Below, one piece after another: positions 14,205-27,238 of a stretch of 64,000 nucleotides of DNA. How positions within the stretch are numbered: position 1 is the first letter of the stretch; each line of letters opens with the position of its first letter. The position numbers and the translations under genes were made by a program. The notes beneath the pieces are model-generated. The model was not told the origin of the DNA, searched no databases, and saw only the letters and a program-made list of their open reading frames with translations. Source of the stretch: Mizuhopecten yessoensis (Eukaryota); assembly GCF_002113885.1 (NCBI RefSeq), contig NW_018404852.1:60359-124358 (forward strand), read 5' to 3'.

Positions 14205-16512
14205 ATCATTGGGCAGAAAACTTTTCTCCTAGAGAACGTTGTGGTTTTCTAGGAGTTGACTCGTTGAGTCTTTTTAACCGTCCGTGATCACGTACATGTA
14301 TGATGTCATCATAGCTTTTCATCTATATTTTAATGGTTTCTTTTTTATCTGACGGACACCTTTCTCCTTTGTAACAAACTTTTCTATTTTTTAAAATAAT
14401 AGTAATTTCCCTTCTGCCAAACTACACTGGAGAGATTCCACGGATGTTACGCGACTTTGAGAGCCGTTTTGTTAAGCTTTTAAGGAATGCCTCTGGTCTA
14501 GACCTTTCTTTCTCAGCAATCTCGTTGGTTATGTGTTGCAACAACATATCTCGTAGTAACAAATAGTTTACGATACTTTGTAGTAGAAATCATAAACTGT
14601 AATCCATTTCGTCTTTTGAACGCTTGATGCATTATTTCATGCCTTTACTATTACACATTGTTTTCTTTTAATTTGATATTTTGATAGACTGACACAGATA
14701 AATATATATTATGAAATCCGTAGTTCCATTAGTAAGTATGCCTGCAGGTCAAGACTTGCAGGGTTGACCTTCAAAAAAGACGTCGTTTTCCTTCTGTCAA
14801 TGTCAATTCAGCAGGCAGTGTTTTTCTGGTCTTCCAATCCTTCTCCAGTTCGTGACCGTGAGGATGATATTCGTTCCGCTCTGTCGTAACATACAAGTAT
14901 ATTGTATCTAACCTACCGTCATCGATAAAGTAAGGTTTTTGCAGATTTTGAATAATTTATTGCTATCGTTCCCTTCCTAACACGGCCACTTTGATTATCA
15001 GTGCAGTTTCCGTAGGTTCTAGCTTTTCAAACCCCCTCCTCGTTGCTTGGAGGAAAGGCAATGAAGATGATGTTGGTTCGGCTGTGTCGTATCTGGGAGT
15101 AGTTCTTTTCTTAGGAGTCAAAAAACGACCTGCGAAAACATTATACCCTGACTTAGAGATTTCATCTGTCTCTTCTGTGATATCAAGCCATTTTTGCTTG
15201 CTATCCAGTCTTTGCAGGAAGTAAATCGTTCAAACAAAAAAGCAAGTTATCCAATAAAAAAGGATATGATGACTTCCTGGCATATATTTGTTGACGTTTC
15301 GACCACACTCTCCGATAATCCTCTTCTTTTGCTGATAGTTAAAAAAAAAGTCATATCAATCGCTAACATGAAATTTTAACAATCTATTGCAGCAGTTTTT
15401 ACCATTTGAAAATTGTACTATTGTATCGTATCATTGAGGTTTACGCTGATAGTTTTACTCTTAATTTAACATCCGGTATGCTAATTGTAGTAGTGGGTAC
15501 TCTGTTGACAACTGACTCGAAATTTCGGAACAACAACTCGAAATTGCAAGACAGCATTATGGCCATTGTTAATAATAATAATTATTCAGGTAAAAGGCAG
15601 ATTATACACGTATATCACATTTTGCAGATTGGACATAAATATATATATTATCACAGAATGAGATATTATTTATAAGTTAGTTATGCCATAAAACTAGTAA
15701 TCAGTCAGGTGTTAAAACTGGATTGGATTAGATTAATTTAGGCCTTTACCTGGGATGACCCATAAAGCCACATCGTGGCTTAATTCCAATGGGGTCCCTT
15801 TGATCTAAATAAATCAATTCAATTCATAAAAATAGTTACATAATTATATAGTTGATATTGATAATTTGATAAGACTCTAAGAACCTTCTTTTATAAAAAT
15901 AGATATAAAATAGATATAACATGTTACATGTGCCATAGGCTATAATCAATAAAATAAAGCTGGTAATTGAATGATATAAAATATGAAGTGATAACCACAT
16001 GTTGGAATTTTAACAATCAAAGATATATAGCATTAACTTAAAATGTTACTTGCCGAAGGGCTGGTGGTTGGGCCAATCCCTACCGACCAAACTCTCAGAC
16101 ATTAACGTAGTTATATATTTGATTGACATGTACTGGTATATAACTTAAACTAATAAAAATAATTTGAAATAAATAAGATAGTAACAAGTGTATCCCATTT
16201 GGAATATTAATTTTTAATTAAGTGTGCGACAAGTGATCAGTTTGTTTAGTGTATGGCCAATGACCATTTGTTCAGTGTACGACCAATACAAAAAACACCA
16301 AGAAACTATAAAGCAATAAACACGATATACAGTTTTATATATTTAATCAAATGACCTTCTCTTTGAATATCAACACAGGCAAGTGAAAAGAAAGAACAAA
16401 TGATTTCTTGTTCCATGTTTAGAGTTGATCATAAAACAAGTCCTTGGACCATGCAATGTCTTCTATAAGGAAACGTAGGTGGAAATAAGATCCATGACCA
16501 TGTCTCTCTTTC

Positions 16513-19500
16513 TTATACATCTTTGCGATAAAATAGGCATATGATGCGCCACGTGATGTACCACATGATGTACCACGTGGTGTTTCCGGTCCCTTGTGAC
16601 GCTGTGTTGTTATAAACTTGAGATTTGTTGTCCTTGACCTCTGTGGCCTGTGGTTGTGACCTCATTGTTGTTGTTCCGAGAGCAAAGGTCGTCCGAATGG
16701 TTTGTTTTTCGGTATTACCCATGCGATTTTTAGTCGTCATTGGCAATGCTAGGACCTCTGTGGCCTGTGGTTGTGGCCTCATTGTTGTTGTTCTGAGAGC
16801 AAAGGTCGTCCGAATGGTTTGTTTTTCGGTATTATCCATGCGATTTTTAGTCGCCATTGGCAATGCTATAAAAAGTTAAAAACATTCAATGTTCATGATT
16901 TTGCATTGACAAGGAAAAACATTAAGCGTTAAAAATGTTAGACCGGCTATCAATGTATCCCGTTATTTTTCATAAACAGGCAATGCATTGCATAGCCTTT
17001 AAAAAATAGCTTCAAGCAAATGGCAAACCAAAAATCCCTAGAAATACGTACGAAGTAAGAAGTTACAATTTCTACAAACGTTTTCTTAAAGTCTAAATAA
17101 TTTAACTTAAAAATGATGAATGGTTTCCTCTTTAGTCAAAAGTTATCAAGATAAGAACGCTGAAGCTATTAATCATGAAAGGCATTTATCCAATTTAAAG
17201 TGTTGAATTAACCACACCAACTACATGGTATCTGCATGATATAGGCTTTCTCTTTGAAACTGCCCGCGAAAAGTGATATTGTATACTAAACAGTCAATAT
17301 CAGTAAAGGTGAAATGTTACATTTTTTTCAATTTGATCTACAGTTGCATCAATTTAATTTCTATATTACCATCGCTGTATTTTTCGATATGAGCATTGGT
17401 TTTCGGTAATTTAAAGAAAACTGTCTGAAATAAAAGTCGGTAACACAGTCTCTTTTAGATTAATTTTGAATGCGGAAGCATAACAAAACGTTTGTAATGA
17501 AATATGAATAATTCATGGCATGATGCCTGCAAAACCATCGACGATAAAATGGTCATTACCTGGTGGAGTTTTCTTCTTGCGAGGCGGTGTTGTTGGTGGT
17601 ACTGTTGTCGGACAAGCCCTGGCCTCTACGTTTGGACAAGTGGTGGACATTAATCTGCTATCTGTAAACAACATATGTTTTTAAGAACTAAGAATAAATG
17701 CAGTTATAACATTAAAATCATATTTATCTATGCTGTGCCTCGTTTGATTTGGCCACATTGTCGAGATATCGATTTATTGATTCTATTCTTGAAAACAGCG
17801 GCCTTTTACATCAACATGTGGAGCTTTGTAAACTGTGCTATTGATGTTTTGGCATTTTTTCTGAAGTTAATCGTATCAAAAAAACATCGTGATAATGTTA
17901 TTACTTCTAGTATTTGACCAAAACAAATCGTAAATAAGCCACATGAATTCTTTTGATTTTAGTTATATAAAATATAAACTTTAGTTATATAAGATATAAA
18001 CTTTAGTTATATAAAATATAAACTAAGTCATTGTAATACTTTTAACTACGCTTGGTTATGTTTCTGTAATAATTCATCCACAAATTCAAAACATCACAAT
18101 ATCAATGTTTCAGAGTTGATTCCCAAACTTTTGTTTATTCTTCAAATCTTGCTCAATGTAATTGTAATTTGTTTTAAATTTCTCCAGAATACGATGTCCC
18201 TTTTGCTGATAATATGATTGACAATTTATTCTCCGAGATATAATATGAAACATATCGTTAATGAATTATTAGCTGATATAATATCCTCAATTTAGTTATA
18301 TGTACGTAAACAGGACATCGTGAGTGTAATATGGTATGTTCAAGACACACTAGTACAGCAATGCTGATAGGAGTTTACCTGTTGGAACTTTGCTTACAAC
18401 GCCTAATCCACACTCTTTGAGAACATCTGCGATTTTCGAAGGTTCTTCTTCATTTGACAGTGGGGTGTAGTTCGGTTTGATATATCGGAGGAACACCAGA
18501 TACGATTTACCTTTCTGGAACTTGTTGATGAAGCATCTACCATCCAAATTGTTGGCTTGATTTGGGGAACAAAAACAATATATACATATATTCAAAATGT
18601 AGGATAAAACAAAAGATCGTTCAGACGTTAAACAAATAGAGCGAATGAAATAAATCTCTCAATGAATGGTTCAAAGAAAACACTTTCGACTGACGGATAT
18701 CTTTTACAATAAAGGTTTTGAGAGATGCAGGTTGATGAAAGCTATGAATGCATTTTCTGTTTGTCATCATATTTTCATTACAAAATAATCTCATTTCGTT
18801 GTACGATATGAAGATAGATGTCATTGGTCAGTTGTCACTACACCTGTTGACAATAAAAATGGCAATAACTGGATTTGCCCTATATTTTTGAGAGAGGTAG
18901 GGGGATCTCGCTGATGACTCAGAGTTCATTCTCTTATGATCCCTGTTGTTTTGTAAGCATCTCAATGTAAATCTTTCCTTTGTTCATATTCTGCCCTAGT
19001 GTAATCAACATTTAGTAAAAACCACGGTTTTGTTCACGCTACGGTATTCGATTGTTAAGTTTGACAATTGTTGGATGAATTTTGTCTAGTTACACGTGTA
19101 AGAAAGAGACAAATATCTTGCAAATGTGAGAATATAGGCGTCTGACATGGGAGAGAAGAAGACATTTGTCTGACAGAGGAGAGAAGAAGACATGTGTCTG
19201 ACAGGGGAGAGAAGACGACAGGTGGCTGACAGGGGAAAGAAGAAGACAGTGTCTGACAGGGAGAGAAGAAGACAGTGTCTGACAGGGAGAGAAAACGACA
19301 GGTGTCTGACATGGAGAGAATAAGACAGGTGTCTGACAGGGAGAGAAGAAGACAGGTGTCTGACAGGGAGAGAAGAAGACAAGTGTCTGACAGGGGAGAG
19401 AAGAAGACAGGTGTCTGACAGGGGAGATAATAAGATAAGGGTCTGACAGGGGAGAGAAGCAGACAAGTGTCTGAAAGGGGAGAGAAGAAGACAAGTGTCT

Positions 19501-20269
19501 GACAGGGGAGAGAAGAAGAAATGTGTCTGACAGGGGAGATAATAAGACAGGTGTCTGACAGGGGAGAGAAGAAGAAAGATGTCTGACAGGGGAGATATTA
19601 AGATAGGTGTCGGACAGGGGAGAGATTAAGACATGTGTCTGACAGGGAGATAAGAAGACAGGTGTCTGACAGGGGAGAAAAGAAGACAGTGNGGGGGGGG
19701 GGGGGGGGGGGGGGGGAGAGAAAGAAGACAGCTGTCTGACAGGAGAGAGAAAAAGACAGCTGTCTGACAGGAGAGAGAAGAAGACAGGTGTCTGACAGGG
19801 AGAGAAGAAGAAAGGTGTCTGACAGGGGAGAGAATAAGACAGGTGTCTGACAGGGAGAGAAGAAGACAGGTGTCTGACAGGGGAGAGAAGAAGACAGGTG
19901 TCTGACAGGGGAGAGAAGAAGATAGATGTCTGACAGGGGAGAGAGGAAGACAGGTGTCTGACAGGGGAGAGAAGAAGACAGGTGTCTGACAGGGGAGAGA
20001 AGAAGATAGATGTCTGACGGGGGACAGAAGAAGATAGATGTCTTACATGTATGGGTGATGTTAATAATAGCTGGTGGCCGTGTCCCGCTGTCCTTCAATA
20101 TGCATTTCAGTGTCATTTGATACGACGTATCGCTGATGGAGTCAGTTACTTCCCCTGTCGCTACAAGCGTAGAGAACTTGACGTTTCCCCTGAAATCATC
20201 AGATGGTGTCTGCTGACATCCAAGGGAGACAACTGTCACGAGAACGATAGCTAATAGTTCCGGATACAT
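16513..20269 (-). CDS. Secreted/surface protein (~284 aa): signal peptide, agrin-NtA/CCDC3-like domain, Thr/Pro-rich stalk, weakly hydrophobic C-terminus
   Basis: Coding exons 20269-20047, 18555-18379, 17661-17560, 16865-16513; all phase-1 GT-AG introns; 855 nt, open frame. MYPELLAIVLVTVVSLG|CQQ...LVATGEV...YQMTLKCILK...INIT...RC...GKSYLVFL...ECGL. Domain call is by pattern recognition only. Confidence 0.8.
19140..20045. repeat. Purine-rich minisatellite, 27-28 bp unit (GTCTGACAGGGGAGAGAAGAAGACAGGT), intronic
   Basis: About 30 copies; contains an N and a G-run at 19691-19716 (probable assembly join). Confidence 0.95.
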
Positions 20270-21696
20270 ATCCTGAAAGATGAATTTTGAACAAAAATGT
20301 AAGTACAAAAAAGGTAAGTATATATGTATAACTGAATTAAGTTAACACCATTACTCTATATTCTTACTGAGAAGAGAGGTGTGATATTATATCAGACTCA
20401 TCTGTAAGACAGCTAACAGCTAACAACAGATTGTTCATATTTTATACCGTCAGATCTACGTTCAATGACGTTCATTTTGTTTATGAATTTGATTTGTAAC
20501 GGAAACACAGATTGCGAAGGAACTACATTATGATTCGCGCTATGTTCATGCCTCGAAACACGATCTTCGTCACCAAATTACCTTACGTCACGCTATCACT
20601 ATTAGTACGCTATCCAAATTGGTTCTCGGTCAGAAAATGGTCCGAATGGTACTTAAAACATAAATGTGAGCATTTTCCTCTGACATTATAAAAAAAAGAA
20701 ATATTTATCAGCATTTCCAACGAATAATTTTGTTTTCAGGAACATTTTAAGAATACACGATGGTTTCATAGTAAGCATATAGGTAAAACAGTAAAAACAA
20801 CGTACGGCAATGAAATTTTGAAGGATTTTGAAGGGGTTAATTATAAGCATGTTTAAATGTTGATTTCTGGTCCTTATAATCGGATACAATAAAAGTGTAT
20901 ATATGCAATTGTAGTTCAGTATGGTATTTATAAAAACAATATATATTGTTGCAATCGGCAAATCAACTAGTAGAAAGAAAAACAAATTCCACAGCCGGTG
21001 ATACTAATTTGGGTACGAATCATAGCCGAAAAAAGGACGAAATCTCACTGCGATTTAAGCGTTTTATGTTTAAAAAAACAAATTATTTAGAATCAGAACT
21101 TTTTCTGAAAATGAACCACCATGGGTAGTCTTTGTCAAGAATCAAGAAACATTCCAGATACATGATCTGAATATTTCAACATCACTTACAAACTGACAAA
21201 ATTGTACCAATTGTGGTAGCGTGACGTTAGCTGAGAAATACCAGCGTCCAACTGTAACACATCTAACACAGTTTTGATGTATCATATCAACAGCTCGTCA
21301 GTAACAATTAATGAATGTTGACATGAAGTATAACTACTTGTAATAATTGTAGAACTGCACGTATTTAGTTTTTGTATCATACCCGGTTCTTTATGGCATG
21401 GTTTGCCTAGTAAAACAAAAGAAATATCTAGTTTGGTGAACTGGACTTTAAATATTAAAATCTTTAATCAGCGGTGATGGACATCAACATATTGGAAGGT
21501 GTTATATATGTGCCAAAGACATACCTAATCTGATCAGGTATCCGCGCTGAGCCCGTGTTAGGACACACAGTGTAATTTAGAAAGTGTATAAATAATAAAA
21601 ATTTCATCCTCTATTTATCTCTGTTTTCTATAAAATCTTAGGCCAGACATCTTTTTAATACTTAAAGTTAACATATCATGTTCTTTAGGAGATATC

Positions 21697-23895
21697 CTAT
21701 AAACAGTATGGACTCATTATATGATAAAAACAGTATGGACTTATTATATGATATAACCAGTATGGACTCATTATATGATATAAACAGTATAGACTTATTA
21801 TATGACATAAACAGTATGGACTCATTATATGACATAAACAGTTTGGACTCATTATATGATATAAACAGTACGGACTCATTATATGATATAAACAGTACGG
21901 ACTTATTATATGATATAACCAGTATGTACTCATTATATGATATAAACAGTATAGACTTATTATATGACATAAACAGTATGGACTCATTATATGACATAAA
22001 CAGTATGGACTCATTATATGATATAACCAGTATGGACTAATTATATGATATAAATAGTATGTACTCATTATATGATATAAACAGTATAGACTTATTATAT
22101 GACATAAACAGTATGGACTCATTATATGATATAAGCAGTATGGACTTATTATATGATATAAACAGTATAGACTCATTATATGATATAAACAGTATGGACT
22201 CATTATATGATTTAAACATTATGGATTCATGATATGATATAAACAGTATGGACTCATTATATGATTTAAACATTATGGATTCATGATATGATATAAACAG
22301 TATGGACTCATTATATGATTTAAACATTATGGATTCATGATATGATATAAACAGTATGGACTCATTATATGATTTAAACATTATGGATTCATGATATGAT
22401 ATAAACAGTATGGACTCATTATATGCTATAAACAGTATGGACTTATTATATGATATACCCAGTATGGACTCATTATATGATATAAACAGTATTGACTAAT
22501 TATATGATATAAACAGTATGGACTCATTATATGATTTAAACATTATGGATTCATGATATGATATAAACAGTATGGACTCATTATATGATTTAAACATTAT
22601 GGATTCATGATATGATATAAACAGTATGGACTCATTATATGATATAACCAGTATGGACTAATTATATGATATAAATAGTATGTACTCATTATATGATATA
22701 AACAGTATGTACTCATTATATGATATAAACAGTATAGACTTATTATATGACATAAACAGTATGGACTCATTATAGGATATGGACTCATTATATGATATAA
22801 ACAGTATGGACTTATTATATGATATAACCAGTATGGACTCATTATATGATATAAACAGTATGGACACATTATATGACATAAACAGTATGGACTAATTATA
22901 TGATATAAACAGTATGGACTTATTATATGATATAACCAGTGTGGACTCATTATATGATATAAACAGTATGGACCTATTATATGATATAAACAGTATGGAC
23001 TCATTATATGATATAAACATTATGGACTCATTATATGATATAAACAGTATGGACTCATTATATGGTATAAACAGTATGGACTAATTATATGATATAAACA
23101 GTATGGACACATTATATGATATAACCATTATGGACTCATTATAAATAGTATGGACTCAATATATGATATAAACAGTATAGACTCATTATATGATATAAGC
23201 AGTATGGACTCAGTTTATGATATAAACAGTATGGACACATGATATAAACAGTATGGACGCATTATATGACATAAACAGTATGGACACATAATATGACATA
23301 AACAGTATGGACTAAGTATATGATATAAACAGTACGGACTAATTATATGATATAAACATTATGGACTCATTATAAATAGTATGGACTCAATATATGATAT
23401 AAACAGTACGGACTTATTATATGATATAAACAGTATAGACTCATTATATGATATAAGCAGTATGGACTCATTTTATGATATAAACAGTATGGACACATTA
23501 TATGATATAACCAGTATGGACTCATTATATGATATAAACAGTATGGACTCATTATAGGAAATAAACAGTATGGACTCATTATAGGAAATAAACAGTATGG
23601 ACTTATTATATGACATAAACAGTATGGACACATTATATGATATAAACAGTATGGACACATTATATGACATAAACAGTATGGACTTATTATATGACATAAA
23701 CAGTATGGACTCTTTATAGGATATAAATAGTATGGACTCATTATAGGAAATAAACAGTATGGACTCATTATATGACATAAACAGTATGGACACATTATAT
23801 GATATAAACAGTATGGACTCATTATATGATATAAACAGTATGGACTCATTATATGATATAAACAGTATGGACTCATTATATGACATAAACATTAT
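21697..23895. repeat. AT-rich minisatellite, 27-bp unit (AAACAGTATGGACTCATTATATGATAT), ~80 copies
   Basis: 27-bp periodicity; explains the 9-aa periodic ORFs in the track. Confidence 0.97.
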
Positions 23896-24529
23896 GTAAA
23901 TATATCTCTATTTGAGCATAATATATCGCTTTTCTATATCCCTATTTCTTTTAGGATGATCCATTTCCTTTCAGACTCTCTCTATAAAGTTGCCCTCTTT
24001 GGCCATTAAAAGTTGTTGGAGCTTGCCACACAAACCTACGGATTGGTGCTCTTATATTTTTGTGCTTAAGGATGCATCTGTTTTATGAGTGCAATCATAC
24101 TAAAGAAAACGTGCTTTTTATAAAGTATTACTGAAAAAGCATGTGCCCCTATAATTACCGTTGTACATAATTCAATGCACCAGATCACACGGGAGACGCT
24201 TAAATAGGGTACCGCTTAAATAGGCACGTTTGCAGAAATACGAATTATAGATAAAACAGATTGCAACTTTGTTTTGGATACATTTTTGACCATGGTCGGG
24301 TTTTAATATGCAGCAAAAAAGGGAAGTTCTGAAATATAATCCTGGTGATTGCTTATATTTATTGTTTTGCTTTTGATTGTATAAATGATTTTCTCTGATA
24401 TCAAATAAATCTATGAAAGAATTTACACACTGTAAGTCATAACTTAAAGACATTTGAATCTTAAACGTTAAAAATGAAAGTAAACGGAACATTAAAATGC
24501 TTTAAAACAACTGTAAATCAAATACCTAC

Positions 24530-24650
24530 CTGACGTGGGGAAGCTTCTCAGAGATTTGTGGCTGTGTGCTCCATGTAGAAGATTTAATACCAATCTCTAC
24601 TGATAGTGCACACTTATCCGCCGGGTCTGCCTTTATTCGTCTTTATTTAC
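24530..24650 (-). promoter_or_regulatory. Probable core promoter and non-coding first exon of the NtA-like gene
   Basis: Donor CAG|GTAGGT at 24530/24529; Inr-like TCAGT near 24600; TAAATAAA near 24645; the start-codon exon begins with an acceptor (TTTCAG|GATATG at 20272), so an upstream exon is required. Confidence 0.5.
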
Positions 24651-27238
24651 GAGCGCGTGTGCGTCCAGCACTTGTCGTTTCGTTGATAAATACTGGTAAC
24701 CTTTGTATTGTTAAGTATACTTTATTCACTCCGAAAACTTCTGAACATTTTGAATGTTTCTTTTGTTGATAAACCTGATCCCGATAAAAAAAAAATAAAC
24801 AAGACTCGATGAATTGTAATTGTGATTAATATCCCCGGGGGTGGCTTTAAATCAGTCTATTTTGGAACATTTCGATGACATCACTGATTTGATAAACATC
24901 CTTGGTTACAATTGAGATTGGAATTTGACTAAATATAGATGAGACATATGTAAACCATTTTAACAACGACAACAATACGCGATTAAGGTTTACTTACTTG
25001 TGTAAACACGTAGGGGTATCATCAATCTGATTAGGGTATCATTTGTGTAACTACAAATTGATGACTGTGGGTGAATCAGTCTGGTGTACTTGGTGTTGGA
25101 CACGAAGGGTTGTCATTTGTGCACTGATCAATGTTAATATAATGAATAGATGAAAATTTACAAAAATGCACCCGTGGAAATAAATGATATTATTCTGTTC
25201 ATGATCTCCACATTCCTGTTCTGAAAAATTGTTTAGATTAATTTACCCAAACACGACAACAACCGAAGTCGGATAACATTAATCCCGGTCGCTTGCTATC
25301 GTTTGTGTAAAGCTGTGTTATTTGGATGTAGAATAAAACGTGTGCGATTCCTTAGTTTTAATGTATCCTTTTCGGAACTGTTACAAAAAAAAAAAAAAAA
25401 TCCGTAGCTTAATATGTAAGATGTGATCATAATAATATAGCCAAGTTCTGGTATTGTGACCATGATAATATAACACACCTCTGATAAACTGACAATGATA
25501 ATGTTGGCCAGCGTCGAGCTGGGAGAGACAAAGAAAAGAGTTTATATTATAGGAAATCAAATGTAATGCTATAAAAATAAAAATAAAAATGAAAAAAAGA
25601 GGCCTTGATGACGGATGGTTTCATGTTGGCGGCATTAAAAGTTTCGATATATGATTCATATTAATGAATTACAAGATCTGGAACACCAAAAAATAAGTTG
25701 GTGATAATTATGGATATGCATTTATCAGGTTGTTTCGTGATACTGTTGTGGAGGATATGCTAGTTTGGTTTTTGTCATGACGAGGTTTTCCTTTATTGGT
25801 AGGGATTTGGGAGAAGTAAAAAAAACTGAGCTAGTTCGTGGGATACTGACAGGAGGATAATATCAGCGATGCTGTCAGAGTAACAGGTTTTGTGTGGCTC
25901 AGTCCGTGTAACAGCTTTGGTATTTCATCAATATTAAATTGAATGTTGCCTATGAAAACGAACTATAACTTCACTATATCTCTGTAATGTGAACCAACGT
26001 TTCTCGAGTCAATATTTGCTTCAGTTGAAGAGTAATTATATCATTATACATAAGATTGTTGCTAACTACAACCTTCCAGGTTTCACAACCGTAAACCGTA
26101 AAAAGAAGACCATGCTTTCTGATTTCCCCTTATTTTAAGTCAAGCTTTGGACTTGTTGGATTTTTCTGTGGGTAACATCTTGACAAACAGGTGTTACAAA
26201 GCAGCACATAATCTTTCACAAATATTGTGCAACCCTAGAAATAGAATAACTTTATCCATATTCTACCTTTGGGGGAAGCTTTCACTGTGCTACCGAGGTG
26301 AATATATGGACCTCTAGTTGTTAGCTGGAGAACAGGTAGCTCAAGTTGTCATAGCATGGTTAGCTTTACAGTTCTGTTAATGTGTTTTGAGAAATCATTT
26401 TATTTTATAACTTTATGATTTACCCTAATATTAACGTGTACGCATACTTTTCATATATCAACCTAAGTATTTTAATATTTCAAAACAAGTTAATGTATCG
26501 TTATTTACAAATATCCTATTAGATTTTGTTACTGATTTTTCATCTATAAGATGAATTTTTCACCTGGACTCAAGCTTCAATCTGACTTCAATTAGGATTA
26601 TCTATACATTTATTGTTGTTGCAACCTGCCATTCAAGCGCCTCAAAGGTATCAAACTAGAATTAATAAGCCATCAATGGTGTGGCATTAAAATGTCCAAT
26701 TGCTAACATGTAATCATTGATCTGAGCTAAATAAGTTTATCAAAATCGGTCGATGAAATGAGGGGGCTCCGACAGCAATCAGTCGAATCAGTTAAGTTGC
26801 CGAGATTATACATGAAGCTCACGAATGATATTAAATCATTTAACTGGGAATGTATTGACACCGGTCTTCTCTAGGGAGGGTTAATGTGTTCATGTCTGAT
26901 TGGAAAGTTTCCCCTGATTAATAATGTCAATTAAGTGAAATGGTCGTATAGTACATTAATTTATATCTACACCATTGTTCCAGAGAGAGATATATAGAGT
27001 GATACGTTGTTTCAATGCCAGCAATTGTCCCCACATCGTACAATTGGACAACACGTACACGCCTTCTGGATTAGTATCATTAGTGATATGGATTCAATCG
27101 AAAACTGTGTGCAATATGGATACTATACCGCTGTCAAAAACAATGAATAATCGTTTAAAACGAAACATCTCACATGAAACTAGCAGAATGGAAAAACATG
27201 TGATTGGTTATTTTTAATTTACATCGTAGATATACAAC

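Noticed and set aside
19691-19716. G-quadruplex-forming G-run
   Set aside because: Adjacent to an N inside a satellite; likely an assembly or sequencing artefact.
19055-20045. ORFs with LSPVRHLSSSLPCQT repeats
   Set aside because: Translation of the intronic 28-bp satellite; only 20047-20269 of the 19598-20308 ORF is a real exon.
21668-23892. Long Cys/His/Tyr-rich periodic ORFs
   Set aside because: Artefacts of a 27-bp (9-codon) minisatellite open in several frames on both strands, lying in a probable 5' UTR intron.
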